This document shows positions 18,769-27,574 of a DNA stretch of 35,234 nt, piece by piece (position 1 is the first letter of the stretch; each line of letters begins with the position of its first letter). The notes below the pieces were generated by a model. That model did not search any database and was not told where the DNA came from. It worked only from the letters and a program-made list of their open reading frames with translations. The stretch is taken from sequence record SRR20825006_2923; one strand, 5' to 3'. A program made the position numbers and the translations under genes.

Positions 18769-19540
18769 AATAAGGTGTTTGAATAATTACTTTTGTTCCA
18801 CCGTTCACCAACTTGTTGTATTCAATTGAACCATTCACCTGCTGAATTCTACTTTTAATATTTTTCAAACCTAGGGAGCCTGATTTGGTTAAATCATTTT
18901 CTGAAGGTGAAAAACCATCACCGTTGTCAATAATTTCAAGAACGTAATGATCTTGCTCAATTTTTTCCACAACAAGCACTTCGCTAGCGTTGGCATATTT
19001 TACAATATTATTCAAAATCTCTTGAATAACTCTATAAATTGCGAGTTCTTCTTGATCTGAATGAATATGTTGAGACAATTCACTTTGTTGAACCAAGTTA
19101 AATTTGATTTGCGAAGATCTTTCGAGCATTTCAATGAGCTTTCTCATAGCCATTTGGAGTCCCATGTCTTCCAAGATAGACGGCATTAACTCATTTGAAA
19201 TCCTTCTGACATCATTTCCGATAGATTTTATACTGTCTCCGATCCATTTTTTGTCTTCTAACTGCAAATCCATTTGAATCAATGACACTTTTAAAGCAGT
19301 CAGAGCAGAGCCGATTCCGTCGTGTAATTCCTGTGCAATTCGCTTTTGTTCTTTTTCCTTGGTCAGGATTACCGCTTCCATTAATTGCTTTTGCGTCTCA
19401 AGTTCAAGCTCTTTTAGTTCTCGCTGCTTTGTGTAAAGCCTTCTTTGATAGGCAATCACAAAAATGATAATCGCAAAGGCAAGTAACAGCATTCCCGCGG
19501 TTCCAAAAACAATAATTAAGTCAATCTTCTTCCAGTCCAT
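18755..19540 (-). CDS. HisKA_3 sensor histidine kinase with a single N-terminal TM and no sensory domain
   Basis: TM LIIVFGTAGMLLLAFAIIIFVIAY, coiled coil, RIAQELHDGIG, EILNNIVKYA, DNGDGF and GSLGLKNI. ATG at 19540 (MDWKK) is preferred over 19597. Confidence 0.93.
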   Translation of the reverse strand: MDWKKIDLIIVFGTAGMLLLAFAIIIFVIAYQRRLYTKQRELKELELETQKQLMEAVILTKEKEQKRIAQELHDGIGSALTALKVSLIQMDLQLEDKKWIGDSIKSIGNDVRRISNELMPSILEDMGLQMAMRKLIEMLERSSQIKFNLVQQSELSQHIHSDQEELAIYRVIQEILNNIVKYANASEVLVVEKIEQDHYVLEIIDNGDGFSPSENDLTKSGSLGLKNIKSRIQQVNGSIEYNKLVNGGTKVIIQTPYYEQN

Positions 19541-20139
19541 AGTACCAACGCGTAGCAGCAGTTTATAATAATATTTAATACCGAATGAACGTCCCAATAG
19601 TAACTAGCAACTTCCTTTTCAACATAGTTATAAGTCGCAAATAGAAACAGTGTTCCACAAAAGTAAATTAAGATAACACTTGTTAGTAAAAAGTAGGGGT
19701 CACGTTCTAATTTTTCAATTTTTAAGTCCTTGAAAAGTTGATTGAAGTAGATCAAGCAAACAATTATTAGAATAATTCCTTCCAAGTACCGCTGATTGGA
19801 GTTGAATTCCATTAAATTTTCAAGAAAAAAACTGTTTAAAATTGAAAGCGAATAAAAAATAGCGGCAAACACCTTGAGTAGCTTGAGTTTATCTTTTGAG
19901 AGTATATCCGAATATACCCATAGGAAAAATCCAAGTTCTATGTATGTATGAAGATGGAATAGATATAAGTTATATATTCCATTTTGTGCGAGAATTGTAC
20001 CAACAAGGTCGAAGAGAAACCAAATAAAAAGGAACACACTCAATTTCTTGAGTGTGTCATTTAGCTTCTTATAAAGCAGTAAAGCTATCAGTGCGGGAAA
20101 AGTCACTGAATAGGATGATATTATCGTTAGCGTTAACAC
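19516..20139 (-). CDS. Stand-alone 7-TM membrane protein, putative receptor subunit of the adjacent kinase
   Basis: Seven hydrophobic segments with short loops. The GTG start directly abuts the upstream TAA, and the 3' end overlaps the kinase start by 25 nt. Confidence 0.85.
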   Translation of the reverse strand: MLTLTIISSYSVTFPALIALLLYKKLNDTLKKLSVFLFIWFLFDLVGTILAQNGIYNLYLFHLHTYIELGFFLWVYSDILSKDKLKLLKVFAAIFYSLSILNSFFLENLMEFNSNQRYLEGIILIIVCLIYFNQLFKDLKIEKLERDPYFLLTSVILIYFCGTLFLFATYNYVEKEVASYYWDVHSVLNIIINCCYALVLWTGRRLT

Positions 20140-20451
20140 TTAGCTATTCAAGACATTTTTTGAAGAGCAATTATTAGGACATGGGAACCCCATATCTGCA
20201 ACTATCGCTAACATATCATCTTCACTTTCATCTGCGCCAACAAATACTAATTCGTTTTCTCCAGATTCTATGTCTTTTGCAAAGTAAACTCTAATTCCTT
20301 TGCATCCTGTTTGATTCAGAATGCTGAGCAATACTTCTTTACCCATAAATAATCCTAAGCGCGCCTTAGGGTCAGCGTTTCTGTACGCAGCTGTCATTTC
20401 TGATGCGAGAGTTAGTGGGATTGATCCTCCTTCAGTTCCGTTAAATGCCAT
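20140..20451 (-). CDS. Small soluble protein with GCxGIRVY and C-terminal PCPxxC motifs, function unknown
   Basis: 103 aa, no signal peptide, Cys50/Cys91/Cys95; first gene of the operon. Confidence 0.85.
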   Translation of the reverse strand: MAFNGTEGGSIPLTLASEMTAAYRNADPKARLGLFMGKEVLLSILNQTGCKGIRVYFAKDIESGENELVFVGADESEDDMLAIVADMGFPCPNNCSSKNVLNS

Positions 20452-20604
20452 TGTCAGTAGTTTTAAATTATTATTACTTCAACTATTCTGTTGATGAATT
20501 TACTAAATTCTCAATGCTTTTTACTCAGAGAATTTACAATAATGTGTACGAAGAAAGATAAGTTATTGGAATTAAGGTTATTAATTCTTAAAAAATGCGC
20601 ATTA

Positions 20605-20694
20605 TTGGCAGTTCCCGTATGAATAAATGCGGAATCCCGCAATTAGATTTAGTAGTTCCCGTGTAGGAATCCTTAATTCCTCCTAGTTCCTTTG
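20605..20694. promoter_or_regulatory. Three 22-bp-periodic regulator boxes in a divergent promoter region, with a near-consensus -7 box
   Basis: TTGGCAGTTCCCGTAT (20605), ATGCGGAATCCCGCAA (20627) and TTAGTAGTTCCCGTGT (20649); TTCCTTTG at 20687-20694. Confidence 0.65.
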
Positions 20695-20713
20695 TGATAA
20701 CTGAAAAAAAACA

Positions 20714-20914
20714 ATGGAACGTGTAATAATTAATGTAATTAATCTTTCTGTTGACGAAGAAATTAGGCAACTGGCTGAACGCTTGAGTTGCCCTAAGGCG
20801 GTAGTGATCTATTGCTCGAAGAAAGTTGGACCTTCTGTATCTGCCATAGAGAGCTATTGGTCGATGAATAAAGAATGGCTCATAAAGTATAAAGGAAAAC
20901 CAAGATTGTGCTAA
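20714..20914 (+). CDS. DUF3606-like small protein
   Basis: INLSVDEEIRQLAERLSCPKAVVIYCSKKVGPSVSAIESY resembles the DUF3606 pattern as I recall it (IN....E...W...lG.s...L..Av..VG.s...v..yL). Confidence 0.6.
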   Translation: MERVIINVINLSVDEEIRQLAERLSCPKAVVIYCSKKVGPSVSAIESYWSMNKEWLIKYKGKPRLC

Positions 20915-21058
20915 AACAGTTTGTGCTGTTGGATTCCTTGCTCTAAATTTAATAGATATTTTTTATTTCCTATTCCACCACTGTAGACTGTCATTGCCCC
21001 ATTCGAACCGATCCTGTGCCTGTTAATTTAATAAGAGTCTTAAATCAGTAAGCTTCCA

Positions 21059-21751
21059 TTAGAAAAGGGGAGTGCCATTGCTATCAGTTGTGAGTACTTC
21101 ACTCATATAATCGAAAAATGGACGCATGATTTTGAAAGTATCGTTCGCAACTTCATGGAAATTTTCAGAAATAACTTCCTCATCCGTGAAATTTGTTCCA
21201 ACCACAAATTGCTTAAATCTGAGTAAATCTACGTCGGGATGCTCTTTATCGAAGCCTTTTGGAGCGGTTTTAAGTTGTTCGCTGTGAACTGAAAGACCTT
21301 TGAAAGTCTTCACGAAATCTTTATCCGCCAAAATTGATCTTAGTTCACTTGCGTCGGTCGCGATATCTTCCCGAATTCGCAAAAGATCGTCCTTGTTTGG
21401 ATTCCAAAATCCTCCTCCGATAAATGAATTTCCTCCTGGCTGTATGTGAAAGTAATAACCACCTCTGAGCAACTTAGTGGCACGAGAAAAACCTCCGCTC
21501 CAGTGTGTTTTGTAAGGAGATTTATCCTTTGAAAATCGAACATCTCGGTAGATGCGAAATAAACTTTTTTTACCAGAAACAGTTTCAATAGTGTCGTGTT
21601 GGTTCATTTCTGAAAGCAGCGTATCGGCGAAAGAAATCAGGTCTTGATGATTTTTCTCGTAGCGAGCTTTATGTTCGGTAAACCATTCTCTATTATTGTT
21701 TTTTTCTAGGTCGTTTAGAAAATCAAAGGTTTCTTTTGAAAGTTGTGACAT
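21059..21751 (-). CDS. DUF2461 (TIGR02453) family protein
   Basis: NNNREWF, FRIYRDVRFSKDKSPYKTH, GYYFHIQPG and LKTAPKGFDKEHP. Confidence 0.93.
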   Translation of the reverse strand: MSQLSKETFDFLNDLEKNNNREWFTEHKARYEKNHQDLISFADTLLSEMNQHDTIETVSGKKSLFRIYRDVRFSKDKSPYKTHWSGGFSRATKLLRGGYYFHIQPGGNSFIGGGFWNPNKDDLLRIREDIATDASELRSILADKDFVKTFKGLSVHSEQLKTAPKGFDKEHPDVDLLRFKQFVVGTNFTDEEVISENFHEVANDTFKIMRPFFDYMSEVLTTDSNGTPLF

Positions 21752-21795
21752 GCAAAATTGTTTGTAGCCGAAAGTTATAAAGATTTAACCGATTT

Positions 21796-22260
21796 TTAGT
21801 TGGTTTTCCGATAAAGAATGAAGTCGACACGACGGTTTCTTGCCTCATCTTCTTCTGTTTTTTCTGGAAAAGCTTTGGGAATTTCATTGCTATATCCTTT
21901 GTAGGTCATTCGGTGCTCAGAAATACCATTTCGCTTAAGAAATCGATAGACGTTTCGTGCTCTTTTCATGCTTATTTTAACACCTGGTCCGCAGCACACA
22001 TGTCCGCGAATGTGAATTCGGAGCGTAGTGTCTTTTTCGAGTGTTTCCACCAAATATTCCATAATGTAGCGATAATTCTGATTGATCGTGACACTTGCTC
22101 CCTGATAACGAAGCTCAAACCTGAATTCGACCCGAGTAGAATCGCTTTTTTGAGCAAAAAGAGGAGTGAAGAAAAGCGTAAATAGGACGATCACACTGAG
22201 GTTCTTCAGTAATTGACTCTTCTGCGTTTGTGTAATGTGATTGCTCAATTTTATGACCAT
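21796..22260 (-). CDS. OmpA-like peptidoglycan-binding domain protein
   Basis: IHIRGHVCC, ISMKRARNVYRFL, RMTYKGYSNEIP and NRRVDF; signal-like segment ending PLFA-Q. The start is uncertain. Confidence 0.8.
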   Translation of the reverse strand: MVIKLSNHITQTQKSQLLKNLSVIVLFTLFFTPLFAQKSDSTRVEFRFELRYQGASVTINQNYRYIMEYLVETLEKDTTLRIHIRGHVCCGPGVKISMKRARNVYRFLKRNGISEHRMTYKGYSNEIPKAFPEKTEEDEARNRRVDFILYRKTN

Positions 22261-22359
22261 TCTGATGGAAAGATAATAGGAATACTCGAAGTGTTCTAAT
22301 CTCCAAAACAAATAATGACTAGTAAGTTAGTTCTCACAGGAATAGAATTCGCAGTGGGT

Positions 22360-23724
22360 TTATTCAAAACGAGTAAAGGTAAAGGACATAGATTTTTCTT
22401 CAAGATTAACCCAGTATGGAACGTTACTTGGCACGATTGAACCGGAATTTTCAGATTCTGACGTAATCGAAGAATGGTTCGAATAATCAATCACTCTTTT
22501 ACTAATCATTTTGAACCTTGTTGGATTGTTTAAAGACTTGGATTTGGCTCTTCCTTGAGCGAAGTATTCCTCTTTCATGAGGGTGTTGTCTAAGTAAGTA
22601 TATTCTATGCAAGTCCAAGGACGAGAGTGTATTTGTTCAGCGCTTATTTTGAATGAACAACTTACGGATTTGTAATAGACTTTTGTTAACCGCTTTTGTT
22701 CGTCAAATTCCTCCCAACTGATTAAAATTGGTTCGCGTACAGAATTCGTATCAAAAACGATTGATTTTTTCCGAATAAGTCCATTTTCACCTTCCGTTTC
22801 TTCCATAAAACTCGTATGAGCACATCCGTTGTATTCGCTTGTGCCAAAATGTATTGTTGGATATGTGCTATTCACTGGAAGGATTTGAAAGTTTTTGGAA
22901 CAAATAGCCTCAATTCTTTTGGGTATATCACGATAGAAGCGATACGAAGTTGGTTGATTTGGAATTGAATTTACGACAACCCGATTGTAAAGCGTATCGG
23001 GCATCGCGTATGGGTACAATTTTGACACGATGTTAGGAATCATCTCAGAATGTAAGAGCGTGTCGAATATGTTTGTAGAATATTTCAGTTCATTAACTTT
23101 TTCTCGAGGACCTCTATAATTATCACGATAATCTTTGTTCCATTCGGTTACATTCATCCGATTATTCACATTTTCTATTCGCAAATATGAAAGTGTGTCA
23201 AAATCAAAATCCCATTCGCCGTATCCAGTTGGGGTACATTCAAAAATTTCGGTAAGATTTCCTTGATCATCAAATTTGTATCCATGGGAAAGCCATTTTA
23301 GACTTAATTGATCAAATGGATGGATGTTACTATGCTCAAAAATGAGGGTGTTTTGGACATCAAATAAATAGGATTTTTTAAGAAACTTGTCACCTTTTTT
23401 ATAGCGTTCATGCGTGATTCCATTGTTGCCTTTGTAGGTCGTGTCTAGAATAAATTGCGACTCTTTGCTGGCATAGGCAGAATCGTAGACGTGATTGAAT
23501 ACTCTTAATTCTGCGAGCACTGCGTTTTCCGAAAAGCGATACACCTCCGTTACACTAATTTTTTCACTAGGTGCGTATGAGTCATCATTATACGAAACAA
23601 CTAATTCTTTAATATTATTGCTCTTAACAAATGCGTTTACCGCTTTCATGTTTTCATTGAGAATTCCTTGAGAAAACACAGGCGATAAATGGACAATGAC
23701 AATTAGAGAGAAGATTAGTTTCAT
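22360..23724 (-). CDS. Hypothetical secreted protein with YD/RHS-like beta-hairpin motifs
   Basis: 454-aa ORF with a signal peptide ending VFS-Q; motifs YLFDVQNTL, YKFDDQGNLTE and EFDEQKRLTK. Confidence 0.7.
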   Translation of the reverse strand: MKLIFSLIVIVHLSPVFSQGILNENMKAVNAFVKSNNIKELVVSYNDDSYAPSEKISVTEVYRFSENAVLAELRVFNHVYDSAYASKESQFILDTTYKGNNGITHERYKKGDKFLKKSYLFDVQNTLIFEHSNIHPFDQLSLKWLSHGYKFDDQGNLTEIFECTPTGYGEWDFDFDTLSYLRIENVNNRMNVTEWNKDYRDNYRGPREKVNELKYSTNIFDTLLHSEMIPNIVSKLYPYAMPDTLYNRVVVNSIPNQPTSYRFYRDIPKRIEAICSKNFQILPVNSTYPTIHFGTSEYNGCAHTSFMEETEGENGLIRKKSIVFDTNSVREPILISWEEFDEQKRLTKVYYKSVSCSFKISAEQIHSRPWTCIEYTYLDNTLMKEEYFAQGRAKSKSLNNPTRFKMISKRVIDYSNHSSITSESENSGSIVPSNVPYWVNLEEKSMSFTFTRFE

Positions 23725-23791
23725 ACGGGACTATAATTGCGTTTGGAGATGTTGGTTACAGAAAATATGCCTTATCTAGTTCTTTAAAACC

Positions 23792-23823
23792 AAAAATCCC
23801 CGAAACTGAAGCTTCGAGGATTT
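23792..23823 (-). terminator. Rho-independent terminator after the M16 pair
   Basis: Minus strand reads ATCCTCGAA-gcttcagt-TTCGGGGAT followed by a short T run. Confidence 0.7.
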
Positions 23824-23841
23824 AATTTTATAAAATTGGAA

Positions 23842-25929
23842 TTACTTTTTATACTCTTCCAGGTCTAATTTCCCGTTTAATTCAAGCGAAGTCACTTTTC
23901 CTGTGAATGTCATTTCTCCCAGAGAAACCGTTTGGGTCATAGGGAAGAGGATTCCACCTTTGTCGGTATAATCGGAATACGTTCCGCTCACTTCTCTTAC
24001 TCCGTCTTCGTCAGAAGTAATTGTAATTGACGCGATTTTCAATGATGAATTCTTGTCAAAATAATCGTATCCTTCTGATTCTCCGTCCGTCATTTTGAGA
24101 ACGTAACAGTCAACACCGTTCTTTTTCTCAATTCCAGTAATTTCATAGGTCATTCCTACTTTTTTGTAGTTAAATTCTGGAATCAATCCAACCGTTTTGC
24201 TCTTTGCAGCAATTTCTTCTGGTGTGAATGGCGTTTTCCCATCAACTGAATTGACTTTAAATCCAGAAGTTCCATCGAAATAAGAACGTTGAGTTACCGT
24301 TCCATTCATATTTAATTTGCTCGCTTTAACTCCTTCACTCGACCAAACTTTTGTCGATAAAAGAGGGAAAGGCATTTGCGCCATCGACATTTCCATTTCT
24401 TCTTTCATGGATTTGACTTTTTTCAACTTTTTCGCTGCTTTTTTCATGGATGTTGTCTGTGTAACAGCCATTACGTAGCGATTCAAGAGTTCATCTGCGG
24501 AAATATCTGCTGCGATGACTTCTTTCACTGGATTTCCAAAAGCATCCAGTTTTTCGATCTCTCCATCGGCATCAAATTGAGCCAGTCGATCTAAAATTTC
24601 TTCGTTCCCTACAACGACAATATTGCAATTATTTGGGAGGAAATATTTTTGTGCAACCATCAATAAATCGTCCTTTGTAATCGCTTCTAACTGCTTGAGA
24701 TACGTTTGATAGTAATCTTTAGGAAGTTTATTCTTAATGATGTTTAAAGCAAAACGCGCAACGGTTGACGATCTTTCAAGGGATCTGGCAAATCCACCAG
24801 CCATTGAAGATTTTGTTAGATTAATTTCGTCATCGGTTACTAATCCATCCGTAATGTGCTCTATTTCATAAAGTATTTGTGTAATTGCGCTATCTGTAAC
24901 GTCATTTCGGAAGTTTCCACCTGCGGAAAACCAGCTTCCATTTTCGGTAATTTGAACCCGTGAGCGACACCCATAAGTGTAAGCTTTGTCTTCACGCAAA
25001 TTTTGCATCAAACGTGAACCAAAAACGCCACCTCCAAGGATTTCATTTAACACGGTCAATTTAAGATAGTCAGCGTCGCCAGGCTTCACATTCATAGGAA
25101 AAGAAACATAAACAACCGATTGTACCGCTCCTGGTTTTTTAACAAACAAGACACGGTTTCCTTGGTTAAATTGTCCTGTTCCCAATTCTGCTTTGTAAGG
25201 TGCAGCACCAGTCCAGCTCATGAAATAAGTATTCACCAATGCTGTTGCTTGTTCTTTTGTTACGTCTCCAACAATAACCAAATAACTTCCTTTTGGAGTG
25301 AAGTTTTCGATAAAATAGTTCAACACGGCCTCTCGGTTGAATTTCTTTAAGCTTTCTTCTGTCATTACTTCACCAAAAGGATGTCCTTTCGGAAAGTTAG
25401 CGACTGCTTCCGCATTTTGCGCCATTGTTCCAGCATCTGATTTCGCGGATAGAAGGGAAGACTCGTTTTGAGAAATAATTCGAGCAACTTCGCTTTCTGG
25501 GAAATTGGCATTTAACAGTACGTCAGACATTAACTCAAGACCTTTATCTACGTGCTTTGTGAGACAAGAGAGGTAAATGGAGTTATAATCAGCAGACAAG
25601 GATGCACCGATGTAATCGATTTCATTATCCAGCTGATCTTTTGTCCGTGTGTTGGTTCCAGACATAATGAGTGATCCCGCTACTTCTGAAAGTCCAGCCA
25701 TACTCAATTCAGCTTTAGGAGTAGAACCCATCACGAGATTGAATGACACTTTTGGCAATTTATGATCTTCGGAAAGAATCACCGTAATTCCAGTGGAAGT
25801 GGTGAAAACTTCTGAGTCTTTAATATTAATGATTGGAGCCGCTTTCGGTTCTGGTCTAATTGATCGATCGAGTTGACCAAAAAGAAGTGTTGGAAGAAGT
25901 ACTCCGAGAATTAAGATGTAATTTTTCAT
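23842..25929 (-). CDS. M16B peptidase, non-catalytic subunit with C-terminal extension
   Basis: M16 fold motifs but no HxxEH; ILGGGVFGSRLMQNLREDKAYTYG supplies the R/Y pair; extra ~220-aa C-terminal domain; signal peptide. Confidence 0.88.
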   Translation of the reverse strand: MKNYILILGVLLPTLLFGQLDRSIRPEPKAAPIINIKDSEVFTTSTGITVILSEDHKLPKVSFNLVMGSTPKAELSMAGLSEVAGSLIMSGTNTRTKDQLDNEIDYIGASLSADYNSIYLSCLTKHVDKGLELMSDVLLNANFPESEVARIISQNESSLLSAKSDAGTMAQNAEAVANFPKGHPFGEVMTEESLKKFNREAVLNYFIENFTPKGSYLVIVGDVTKEQATALVNTYFMSWTGAAPYKAELGTGQFNQGNRVLFVKKPGAVQSVVYVSFPMNVKPGDADYLKLTVLNEILGGGVFGSRLMQNLREDKAYTYGCRSRVQITENGSWFSAGGNFRNDVTDSAITQILYEIEHITDGLVTDDEINLTKSSMAGGFARSLERSSTVARFALNIIKNKLPKDYYQTYLKQLEAITKDDLLMVAQKYFLPNNCNIVVVGNEEILDRLAQFDADGEIEKLDAFGNPVKEVIAADISADELLNRYVMAVTQTTSMKKAAKKLKKVKSMKEEMEMSMAQMPFPLLSTKVWSSEGVKASKLNMNGTVTQRSYFDGTSGFKVNSVDGKTPFTPEEIAAKSKTVGLIPEFNYKKVGMTYEITGIEKKNGVDCYVLKMTDGESEGYDYFDKNSSLKIASITITSDEDGVREVSGTYSDYTDKGGILFPMTQTVSLGEMTFTGKVTSLELNGKLDLEEYKK

Positions 25930-25933
25930 GAGA

Positions 25934-27412
25934 TTATTTTTGATCAGTTTCTTCTTTTGGTAAGTAATGTAAGATGATGCGTTTATCTTGCGTTAAATAT
26001 TTCTGTGCAACGCGTTGGATATCTTCGCGTGTAACGCTTAGATAGTTTTGTAATTCTGTATTGATTTTTTCTGCTCCACCATAGTAAACATGGTTATCTG
26101 CCAAGTTTTCTGCAATACCTGCGATGGTTGAATTTGAAGAGATGAAATCATTTTCATATTGATTGAGGATTTTCTCAAACTCTTCTTGCGAAATTAATTC
26201 TGTCTTGATTTTTTCGATTTCAGCATCAAAGGATTTTTGAATTTCTTCCAATGTTTTGTCCTTAGCTGCAATCGCTGCAAAAATTCCCATTCCTGCATCT
26301 TCCAAGCCATACGAAAACGAAAAGGCGAACTGGGCAATTTGTTGTTTTTCAACTAAATTTTTATTGATTCGCGAGCTGCTTCCACCTGATAAAACATCAT
26401 TCATCATTTGAAGCGCATACATGTCTTTATTAGTTTGCTCGGGAAAACGATACGCCATGAACAATCCAGGCAATTGGATATTATCATAAATAACGTCCTT
26501 TATAACTCCCGTTAATACATCTGTAGATTTCTTTGGTCGCGGGATTACAACTTGCGTTGCGCTGTATTTTTCGATGAGTTTTTTCGCCGCTGGATCTGTT
26601 GGATTCAAAAAATCGTTTGCAGAAAATTTCGACTTCATCACTGAATACTTTTCCTCAAAGCTTTCTGCCGTTAACGTTTCGTAGTCGCGGTAAAGATTAA
26701 TTGCTTCACCTTTTGGAATGGAACCGAAATACTTACTGATCCATTTTTTTGTTTCGGTAACGTTTATGTCGCCTGCAATGGAGATAGTTGCATTTGACGG
26801 TACATAAAAAGTTCTGTAGAAATTTATATAATCCGCTTCCTGCGCAGCGTCCAAATGCGCCATACTTCCAATCGGTACCCAATTGTAAGGATGCACGGTA
26901 AACATTCGCTTAAATGTTTCTGAAATAAATGAAGCGTACGGTTGATTGTCGACACGTTGGCGTTTTTCTTCTTTCACCACACTGCGTTGAGTTTCAATCC
27001 CTGTATTGTCTACTTTGGCATGAAGCATTCGCTCACTTTCGAGCCAAATCCCAAGTTCCAATTGATTGGAAGGTAGAATTTCATAATAGAATGTACGATC
27101 TTGTGAAGTGTTGGCATTAAGTGTACCTCCGTTTTTCTCTACAAGTTCGCTATATTCTCCACGTCCAATATTTGCAGAACCCTCAAACAACAAATGTTCA
27201 AAAAAGTGCGCAAATCCTGTTCTGTCAGGAGTTTCATTTTTAGATCCTACGTGATAAAGAACCGAAACGGCAACAATTGGCGTCGCATGTTCTTCATGCA
27301 AAATAACATGAATTCCATTTGGAAGATCATATTCTTCGTACGCTATTTTTCGTTGAGCATTTGCGGAGAAATGCAAGCTAGCAAGTACGATTGCGATTAT
27401 ACTATATTTCAT
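25934..27412 (-). CDS. M16B zinc peptidase, catalytic subunit
   Basis: HVGSKNE...TGFAHFFEHLLFEGS, NANTSQDRT and LESERM; signal peptide. Confidence 0.93.
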   Translation of the reverse strand: MKYSIIAIVLASLHFSANAQRKIAYEEYDLPNGIHVILHEEHATPIVAVSVLYHVGSKNETPDRTGFAHFFEHLLFEGSANIGRGEYSELVEKNGGTLNANTSQDRTFYYEILPSNQLELGIWLESERMLHAKVDNTGIETQRSVVKEEKRQRVDNQPYASFISETFKRMFTVHPYNWVPIGSMAHLDAAQEADYINFYRTFYVPSNATISIAGDINVTETKKWISKYFGSIPKGEAINLYRDYETLTAESFEEKYSVMKSKFSANDFLNPTDPAAKKLIEKYSATQVVIPRPKKSTDVLTGVIKDVIYDNIQLPGLFMAYRFPEQTNKDMYALQMMNDVLSGGSSSRINKNLVEKQQIAQFAFSFSYGLEDAGMGIFAAIAAKDKTLEEIQKSFDAEIEKIKTELISQEEFEKILNQYENDFISSNSTIAGIAENLADNHVYYGGAEKINTELQNYLSVTREDIQRVAQKYLTQDKRIILHYLPKEETDQK

Positions 27413-27574
27413 ACTAGTTTGGATTATTTGATCGCCAATTTACAAACAAATAGGGAGACTCTTAGCGTGAATGACGATCAATTTTAAGCAGAACAGGCGT
27501 AAATGAAGAGCGATTCTGAAGAATGACTTTTGTACACTTTCTCTTTGGCGCGAAATTTGGTATTTTTGAAAACA

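Noticed and set aside
19516-20139. Microbial rhodopsin
   Set aside because: It has seven TMs but no Lys in TM7 and no RYxDW-type helix C motif.
20605-20664. Mini-CRISPR or iteron array
   Set aside because: The units are degenerate 16-mers with 6-bp spacers, and no cas or rep gene is present.
20588-20770. 60-aa minus-strand ORF as a leader or signal peptide gene for the operon
   Set aside because: It has a TTG start, overlaps the DUF3606-like gene and the regulator boxes, and shows no peptide-precursor features.
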